This document shows positions 55,301 through 64,000 of a DNA stretch of 64,000 nucleotides, piece after piece. This stretch comes from Cycas panzhihuaensis (taxonomy: Eukaryota > Plantae > Cycadophyta). The translations under genes were made by a program, and so were the position numbers. The stretch lies in the NCBI GenBank assembly GCA_023213395.1, contig CM041465.1, positions 102,183,741 to 102,247,740 of the forward strand, read 5' to 3'. The notes beneath the pieces are model-generated. The model saw only the letters and a program-made list of their open reading frames with translations. It searched no databases and was not told where the DNA came from. Every line of letters begins with the position of its first letter. The stretch's first letter is position 1.

Positions 55301-55747
55301 TGTTGGAATATTATATTTCAGGAAAGTTGATATAATATTTAATTAATAGATGAATTATCATTAGTTAATATGAAAAGGTTCTCACATATGATCTTATTAG
55401 TTGATGTATCATTGTAATATCATTAGTTGATGATGGGTTGATATAATTATATAAGGGAAATATGTATTATAAGGTACATTATATCACCTAGTCCTCCTTG
55501 TGAGGCTAGATGACTCATCATAAGGAGTATTGATTATCTTTTATTAATATGAAATTTTATATATATGTAGAAGTAATTTTTTTTGTTCATAGGTTTTTTA
55601 TGTTAAACATCACATCACATATATAATTATGTAGTTAAATATTTATATTTATATTTATTCTTATTATATTCATTATATTACTAATTAATCATATAATTAC
55701 ATTTATCTACTTGTTTGATTATAAAAATCATTATTAAAATATTAACA
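55301..55747. repeat. Possible LTR fragment
   Basis: TGTTGGAA...ATTAACA termini, interrupts repeat copy 2; no partner LTR or TSD found. Confidence 0.3.
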
Positions 55748-56047
55748 TGGAATGACAATCTATATAAGAATTTTAATATCATATTGAGATTACTCCTACT
55801 AGGGGTACCTAAGACAACCAACACTGAGGAAGGCTAGGCCTAGGGTGTGGGACCTAGAGTGGGGTGAAGTAAAGTCTTAAGTAGCCCATGTAGGGTGCTC
55901 ATGCACCACTTGGGTGTAGATTCGAGACATGCAGGCATAGTCCCCTTCCCTTTGCTTAGGGTTTTATAGAAATAAAGGGATAACGATATTTCCAATTTTC
56001 CTAGACTCGCAGGTAACCTAAACATGCCCTCTTTCCCTTCGATACCA

Positions 56048-58131
56048 TGTAGTGAGCCTACACCACATGTTAGAGAGGGCTATGACCTTCCATCATATGA
56101 GGATTAATAGGATTGGTTGATATAAATATATGAATATAATAATATAGGGGTGAGCGTTATATATACTCCACTGTATTGTAAAAAGAGGAGAATATGATAT
56201 GATGATATGTTAATGGATGTTCTTTAGAACTCTACCTTCTTCTTTCATCTTATTTCTTTTATTTCTCTTTATATTTCTTTTTATTGATTTTGTTATAGGT
56301 TTAGACATGTAACAAGTGGTATCATAGCCATTTTTTGATCCATACAAGAGCTAGGGATCCATTTTTTGGCCAAATTATTTTTTCAAGGCTTTTGGCATAT
56401 GGAAGTTCTATTCATTAGGAGAAAAAATGAAAGATTCTTGAAGAAGCATTAGAGAATTTAAGATGAAAAGGCCCATGCCATAAATTTTGAGTGGTCATAG
56501 TACTGGTTTTGGCTAAAAATTGTAGAAATTATAGCTAATTTAATTTTAACCTACTTTTCTGTTGTCATATTTTTGAGATAGATCTGCAACCTCAACTTCA
56601 AAGAGCCATAACTTTGGCTACAAATATCTAAATGACCTCAATGTTTTTTTTATTCTATGTGTTTTTAAATTTTTTTTCAAATGGAAGTGGTTTAAGGTCA
56701 ATTAGAGGTTGGAGAAAAGAGTTATTAGTATTTTATTAGAAGGTACTATTACAGTCCTTAGAAACCCTAGTAACAAATTTCTTAAATAGCTATAACTTTT
56801 GATCTAGATGTCAGAATTCAATTCCATCTAAACCGTTGGAATTTTATTTTTATGGCTATGATTTTTATCCATATTTTATGTACTTTTGCACCATATTTTT
56901 TTTCAAAATTAAAATTTTAAAGTTAAAGTTTCCATATTATATTTTTAGTCATTCAGACTTTGGTCACAAAACCATTACTCTTGAGGCCTAATATCTCATT
57001 TTGTATTAAAATTGGAGGATAACTGGTTATGAAAATCCTCTAATATCTCCCACATCTATATTATTATGGCTACAAAAAGGCCCATACCTTATACATTTAA
57101 TGTTGATGAGACTCTTTCTTTAGATGATTGGGTCATCGATATACATCTGTATTTAGAATCACTTGATGATAAGTATAGGAACAATGAAGAGATGTGTAAA
57201 GTAGCCTCACTGTATCTACAAGGAGAGCCTTACCATTGGTTTAAAGAGTGGTATGAAACTAGTCCACTTATTTCAAATTTTTTTCTACAAATAGATCTCT
57301 GTACAAAATATAATGCTTCTTGGTGGAAGGAGATACAAAACCTTAAATAAGATAAACAAGAAGCATACAAAATACTTAAGAAGTCTAATCCAAAGGTGGA
57401 ACAAGGAATTCTCCTCACTCTTTAAAGTCAAGAGCAAAAGAAAGATGATAAGGGAGAAAATGAGCACTAAAATAATACAATAGAAACTGTTTGTCATTCC
57501 ACACCACCAGTTGTAGTTAAGGACAAGGAAGAACACCACTCATCAAAAGTTAGAGCACAAACTAATGTGGGACCTTATCGATGCCCACATTACCAGGAGA
57601 CTTGGTATCAAAGCACTCATCATATAAAGCCCTCATAAACTAAGTATCCCAGGCATCCAGATCATTCAAGGTTATGGTTCCAAGGTTACAAAGATTCTAG
57701 ACACATAAAGATCTACTTGGGATGGATAGATCCTTATTCTATGCACATATTTTTAGACAACCTTTAATGGATATATCAGTTGGACACCAGTAGCAGGAGG
57801 TGGTCACATGCATCATCTTTGTATCAGGATGCTTCGAGGGTGAAGCATCTGAGGGGAGAGGGAATGTAGTGACCCTACACCACATGTTAGAGAGGGCTAT
57901 GATCCTCTATCATATGAAAATTAATAGGATTGATTGACATAAAGATAGGAATATAATAATATTAGGGTGAGTTTTATATATACCTCACTCTATTATAAAG
58001 AGAGAAGAATATGATATGATGATATGTTAATGGATATTTTTCAGAACTCTACCTTCTTCTTTCATCTAATTTCTTCTATTTCTCTTTATATTTCTTTATA
58101 TTGATTTGGTTACAGGTTTAGGCATGTAACA
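56048..58131 (+). mobile_element. 2.08-kb non-autonomous gag-only LTR element (TR-GAG-like)
   Basis: 267-bp LTRs 56048-56314 and 57865-58131 (TGTA...AACA); PBS TGGTATCATAGC at 56317-56328; PPT GAGGGGAGAGGGAA; perfect TSD TACCA. Confidence 0.95.
57066..57869 (+). pseudogene. Single Gag-like ORF with an unrecognised C-terminal extension (5 internal TAA stops, no frameshift)
   Basis: DDWVIDIHLYL...KVASLYLQGEPYHWF is a gypsy Gag N-terminus; the same frame runs through GPYRCPHYQETWYQSTHH to the PPT. Confidence 0.75.
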
Positions 58132-59092
58132 TACCATGGTTAGGCAAACTCCTCTAATGAGGGACCTACATAGTAGGTAAGGAAAGGGAAAGAGAAGAGA
58201 AAGAGATGTGGAGGGATAAAATAGATGCAATTCCACTTGATAGGATAAGAGAAGTAGGGTTTGGCTTCATTGTTATATTAGTTGAAGCAAGGAGAAAATA
58301 ATAAAATGAGAAGGGAAAAACAAGTAAATAACACCACTCTCCTTTTCTTTAACACTCTTCCTCTTTCCTTTCTAAAAAGGAAGCACAGATACCAATTAAA
58401 GAAAAGAAAATAAGAATGCAACCAAGGGGTAAGTAAAAGGGGGAAAGATAAGGAATCCTTTTCTATATAAAACCCTACCCCAAGAAGCCCTTACTTTTAA
58501 TATTTTTTTTTGTTTAAAGTAAAAGCAAAAGAAATATAACTTTCCTTCTTACAAATTAATTTCTCTTTGTTCTCTACTATGTTAGAAACCCTTATTGATT
58601 CCCTTATCTTTACTTTTAACTATGATGGAACTAAAAAATGAACAATAAGGGGGGAGGGATTTTCACAATAGGGAGTAGAGTGAGAATGCTAATAAGAATA
58701 GGAAATAATAATGAGGAAAGTGTAAGGAGGTGCACCTAGATTTGGTTAATGGTTAGAAATAGCACTTCTCTTTGTCTCTCCTCATCCTCCATTCAAACGC
58801 TCATGTTGCTAGTTTAAAATAGAATAGGGGGGCTCCACTTACCTACCCTAAATAAAAGGATAATAAATGGAAAGCAATAAAACAAAGAAGTAAAAGAATA
58901 AAGCAACAAGAAGTATAAAAGATAGGGGCACTCACCTTATTGGGGTGCACCCTAGCTTTAAACCCTAACGTGAATGATGGAGGATTTGCTCTCATATGTT
59001 TCCCTCCAAGTTAAAATTAGAGAAAAGAGCTACCATATGATCCTCTAACAAATCTAATTGTACAAAAATGAATTAATATAGATATGAAGCAA

Positions 59093-59094
<2 letters not shown>

Positions 59095-59156
<62 letters not shown>

Positions 59157-59184
59157 GTGTATACACATATGTATATATGTATGT

Positions 59185-59225
<41 letters not shown>

Positions 59226-59236
59226 CATATATATAC

Positions 59237-59268
<32 letters not shown>

Positions 59269-59364
59269 ATACATATATATATATATATATATATATAGAC
59301 ATATATATATATACATATATTTATATATATACATATATATATACATGTATATACATGTATATAT

Positions 59365-59444
<80 letters not shown>

Positions 59445-59567
59445 GTATGTATCTATATATATATATATATATGTATATACATATGTGTATATATATATGT
59501 GTGTGGATATATGTATATATATATGCGTGGATATATGTATATATATCTATAGATATATATATATATG

Positions 59568-59639
<72 letters not shown>
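59095..59639. repeat. Compound TA/CA/TG microsatellite
   Basis: Directly visible. Confidence 0.98.
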
Positions 59640-59640
<1 letters not shown>

Positions 59641-59643
59641 GGA

Positions 59644-60025
59644 GTAGTGAAATGGCAATATAATAAACATGAATCAAGAAGAGGGAAGGGTTCCTTAGAA
59701 TGATGCAACCTCCTCTATGTAAATAGTTTCCCTAGTTGTACTAAGGGAAATCTCTCCAACAAAAACTTACAACTTAGTAGATGTGTAGGAAACAGAGAAG
59801 ATATATGTATGTATGTATATGTATATATAGATATATATATGTATATGTGTATATATATATGTGTGTGTGTATATACCAAGTAGTGAAATGGTAACATAAT
59901 AAACATGAATCGAGAAGAGGGAAGGGTTTCTTGGAATGACACAACCTCTCCTATGCAAATAGTTTCCCTAGTTGTACTAAGGGAAATCTCTCCAACAAAA
60001 ACTTATAACTTAGTAGATGTGTAGG
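59644..60025 (+). repeat. Tandem duplication of ~147 bp (59644-59790 and 59880-60025), separated by a short TA/TG microsatellite
   Basis: GTAGTGAAATGG...AAATAGTTTCCCTAGTTGTACTAAGGGAAATCTCTCCAACAAAAACTTA...GTAGATGTGTAGG occurs twice. Confidence 0.92.
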
Positions 60026-60772
60026 CAAAAGAGTAGGAGTGACCAAATAAATTCAAACCCTACCTTCTACTATCATAACAAAAAAAGAGAAATTGCCAAT
60101 TCACACAACCCTACTAATGCAACTTGGTAGAGAAAAAACATGGAGGGAAAATGGTGAAAGGAGTCTAACAAATGGCAAACCAAGGTAGGAGGGATATGCC
60201 CAATCCAATGAAGAGACAAGAAATGATGGCCACCCATTGAGAAGGTCTCCAATACGGCCTCACTTGCTCTAGGGTTGATCTCTAATGTCACCACCTTAAC
60301 TCTAAAGTGTGTAAGTTATATGAAGAATGGAACAGTTATTAAGGCAAAATTTTAACAACATTTCATTATTATGAGAAGGATGGAAGATCTTATATGTTGT
60401 ACCCTCAAACTTAATGGATTTTATAAGAGAAAATGAGGTGAGGTGGTGGTGGTTTCATGTCCACAATGTGGAGAAACCACTACCCAAAACCATAGACAAG
60501 CTAAGCTGGTGAGCTTTAAATCTCAAGAAAAATATAAATAAAAAATATTGTTGGAGGTCTAAAGAGATTCTTAAGAAGACAACAAGCCGATCTAGGCTAA
60601 TGCGTTATCCCAAGCCCACCAAATAAGGCAAAAAGGAAGTTGTTGAGCCATTAGAGACACAGCCAGGCTTCATAATAGTTACACTATAGATAAATCTGTG
60701 GTATCGTAGATATATCTGCAATGCCATGAATTACTTTGCAATACCAATTTCTACACCAATAAAGGTAGTAAT

Positions 60773-63700
60773 GTAGTAATAAACTAGGTAAAATGGGCCC
60801 AAACCCTATCCTAAGACTACTCTAAGTCCCAAAATTGAATCCCTAAGCCTAAAATAAGGAGTGACCAATGGCTATAAGGAAGAAATAGGGCCAAATGAAT
60901 AAAAACAATTTTGAAAACCAGGTTGCAAGGATGTGGAGAGGTCCCTTTTCTAATCGATAACATGATATGGGGAGCTTTAAGGCCACTAGACTAGAGTCCT
61001 AGTCATCATTAGCATAAAAATAGGACATAAGCAAACTAAATATGCAAGTAAGCACATGCATACTAATAAACCAATCTATCATATAAATTAAAATAACCTA
61101 ATAAATGTGATGGGTGACAAAGATAAAGAGGCATACTTATACTTACCTATGTCATCATGTCAACAACATTCCTAGAAGTTGAGAAACACTATGTTTCTTA
61201 GCTACCGGGAATGGATATGGACAGGTTGACTCAGGTAAGCACAAGTATACTTCTTCCTTTTTACCTTTGATTATTTCTTTGGAAAGGTTGATAGAAGCAT
61301 TGCCTCATTGCATGATTGACTATCACATTTAAGTGATCACCTTGCATCTATTACTTGATCATACTGCTTGTCATATTTTCAGCCTATGGCAACCCGTAGG
61401 ACCTACCTTTCTGTAAGGTAGGCATCTCCATGGCACTCTACAACCCTCTGCGCCACCTCCATGTCACCTCAGGCCTCACTCAACTTGTATGACCCACTCA
61501 TACCCAGATCTTGTATCCCCTCCATAGCATTTCTACGAATCCTAGCCCTTGATGTCTCATTTGGTCTAGCTCACATGTCACCCAGACCGTCCCTAGCCAC
61601 TTGGATAGGAGGGCCGACCTCTCCTAGGCCTATCACATCTCTTTTCAGGGCTCCCAGAACCTTGGCCAATGCTATTTTAGCATCTTGGTCTCGCACTACT
61701 GTAAACTAAGTGGTACCGTGTAGTTTACCACAGTGCGACTGTTGCACTTTATTTTTTTATCCACCATGGCAATTCTCGCTTTTTTCGTAGAATTGCCATG
61801 TGGATAAGTGACCAACTCAGCCCTACCCACACCCTAATCACTCGATTAGGGTTAGGATGGGTATATATCCTAAAAAGTACCTCATTTCATATCTATTGGC
61901 TCTCAAACAACATGTTCAATTGCTATAATTCTACTCTCTTCTTCCTCTCCTTCACAGGTACACCTGCAACACTGTGTTTTCTGCCATTCCAACCTAGGAT
62001 CCACTTGCAGTAGCTCTGTCACATGGTAGGGAACTCTCCTCCAAGCATTTCTAAGTAAGATCTCCTCATTTCTCCTTTAGCTTTCGCCTAACAAGTGTCT
62101 TCCATAGCTCTACTTTAGGAAAAACCCTGCAAACCTTGCAGGACCTGCCCTCTTCTGCTGGTTGTAGGGGTAGGTTTGTCCTTAACTCAGCCCAGCAGGT
62201 ACTCCTTACCTTAATTTTATATTTTAGAACATATTTACTCCATTAGAGCTTGTTCAAAAGTATATTTTTCTTCCCTTTTTTATCTTTTGGTTGTAAAAAT
62301 GATTGCTCTTTCTTGCGTTTGGCTTTAAGTACCTCAATCTCCTTCCCATTCTCTACTAGTTTTTCTTCAAGAAAGCTGCAGGAGAGGGTTTACAAGGATT
62401 GGGTGAAGGGATTAAGGTAGGATCCATCCCATTTAGACCTACTCCCCAAGGGAAAACCCCTTCCCATCCTTCCTCTCTTGCGCCCATGCTTTCCTTGAGC
62501 TAACTAGGAGTGGGTGGAATCCAAGCCTGTGTTGGATATCAGCATATGTAGCCCTTGCTGTGCTAGTTCTAGGCCTGCACACTCTCCTATTAGGCCCTCT
62601 TTATGCCCCTAACATTGTCCAACACCCATTCAGACCTTTGGAAAAGCTTGTGTGGCGATTCGCTGCCCGTAGTGACTTTGCTACTTAGGCATCTCTCCTA
62701 CGTCCTGCAACATTCATTCTCATGCTTGTTCGCTGCTCATAGGCTATCACATAACCTTCATCTTGCTGTATTTTAAGGCTGCATGGAGACCCATTTGTGG
62801 AGGGTTTTGCCATCCTTAGGCTACCCTTTCCTTCTTTCTTGGTATACATGGTCTTTCTTTGAGGAGGGCATAATTGCTTTTGATAGTAGTTTTACTAATT
62901 TAAGATACAAATTTTAGTATTTACATTATATCTTTGCCTATATAGTATCTTACATCTTGGCAAACCTTTCTTGGAAGGGAAACCCCTTGTGGTTGTAGCT
63001 TTGAAGCAACGTTTGTAAAGGGAAAGAACATACGGCTCTAGGTAAGTCTTCACCCTTCTTTCCTCTTCTGTTTTATTCGCTTCTTTGTATGTTTATTAGC
63101 TTTCTTTGCTTTTCCTGCTCTATTTTGTCTTTTATATAGGGAAGGTAACAGAGCCCATATTTTCTGCTTCAACTTTGGTTACACACTAACTAAAGATGAG
63201 AGAGCGTACATTGCATGCAAGTGAGGTTCTCCGTCAACTGCTACACTTCTCGGGTACGTATCGTCTCTCTCCTTCTACCTTATTCTTTTTTATGCTCTTA
63301 TCAAGTATCTATTGCATTTGTTTAATAAGTCACACAAAGGTAAAAAGGGTAATAAACCAACTACTTACATTTGCCTTGCATATGCGTGTTACATGCTTGT
63401 TTCCATAGGAAAAGGGCATAGTAGGGACTGCACTCCTCTCTTTTTTCTACCTAGTCTGAAAACTCCCCTACTTGTATTTCTCTTAGCATGCACGCTTGAA
63501 TGCACAGAACACACTTGTTTCTTCTTTTTCCCTATTTGTCTTTTGTCATTGAAAAGAAAAGAAAAGATAGAGAGGGAGAGTAGATCTTAATAAACCTTTT
63601 TGACATTCCTTTCCTTGGTTAGATTCGCCTTATGCTAACTAGCCTGAGGGAAACCTATCCACACTTGTCTTAGGCCCTTTTGTCTATAGTCCCCAGTTTC

Positions 63701-64000
63701 ATGTTCCTTCGCCATATGAACCCTTCCTTTGAGGGTCTGTCCTCTTCCCTTCCAGCCATCCAAGGGTGGGAGGACCTTACCCTTTGGGACTATCCGAGGT
63801 ACCCCTGTGTGTATCTCTCATCTCAGACTTGAAAGTGAAAGCTACTCCGAGGAAGTTGGATACCATCCACGAGTCCTGAACTTACACTCTGTTGTACGAA
63901 TGCCTTGTGTGGTGTTCTCTTCTACTTTGTAGGTTTCCATCCATACCCTAGTATTGGCTATTGATCATCTCAATTCCTACTGAGCGTAGTGACCATCCCG
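60773..64000. mobile_element. Probable long LTR or non-coding part of another retroelement running off the right edge
   Basis: Begins TGTAGT; no coding domain; patchy inverted similarity to 55780-56047 and 58137-58960; boundaries uncertain. Confidence 0.3.

Noticed and set aside
58955-61860. Scattered telomere-like AAACCCT/TTAGGG motifs
   Set aside because: Isolated single or double units with no array; common in plant LTRs

Overview
Eukaryotic, very AT-rich plant heterochromatin with no recognisable host gene. A gymnosperm source is inferred from the Tekay-type gag and IFG7/Reina-type protease motifs. The window is a stack of nested, mostly decayed transposons. (1) A CRM-like Ty3/gypsy (about 3001-11519, -) carries two younger GC-rich L1 LINE insertions. 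(2) A decayed hAT transposase is split by a 29-kb Tekay-like element (14165-43246, -). That element contains an RT-less non-chromoviral gypsy with an extra 3' ORF (about 16288-23555) and a Reina-like element (27803-40562), which itself holds a second Reina-like element (30309-36706). (3) A Ty1/copia (44170-49524) sits in the LTR of a small non-autonomous LTR element (44033-50936). (4) The rest holds a ~1-kb direct repeat, long compound TA microsatellites and a 2.1-kb gag-only LTR element (56048-58131). The most interesting observation is that the two different Reina-like chromoviruses each carry, between PBS and gag, a decayed antisense ORF, and my manual translations of the two are homologous to each other and match no domain I recognise. 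All alignments and counts were done by eye; no database searches were run.
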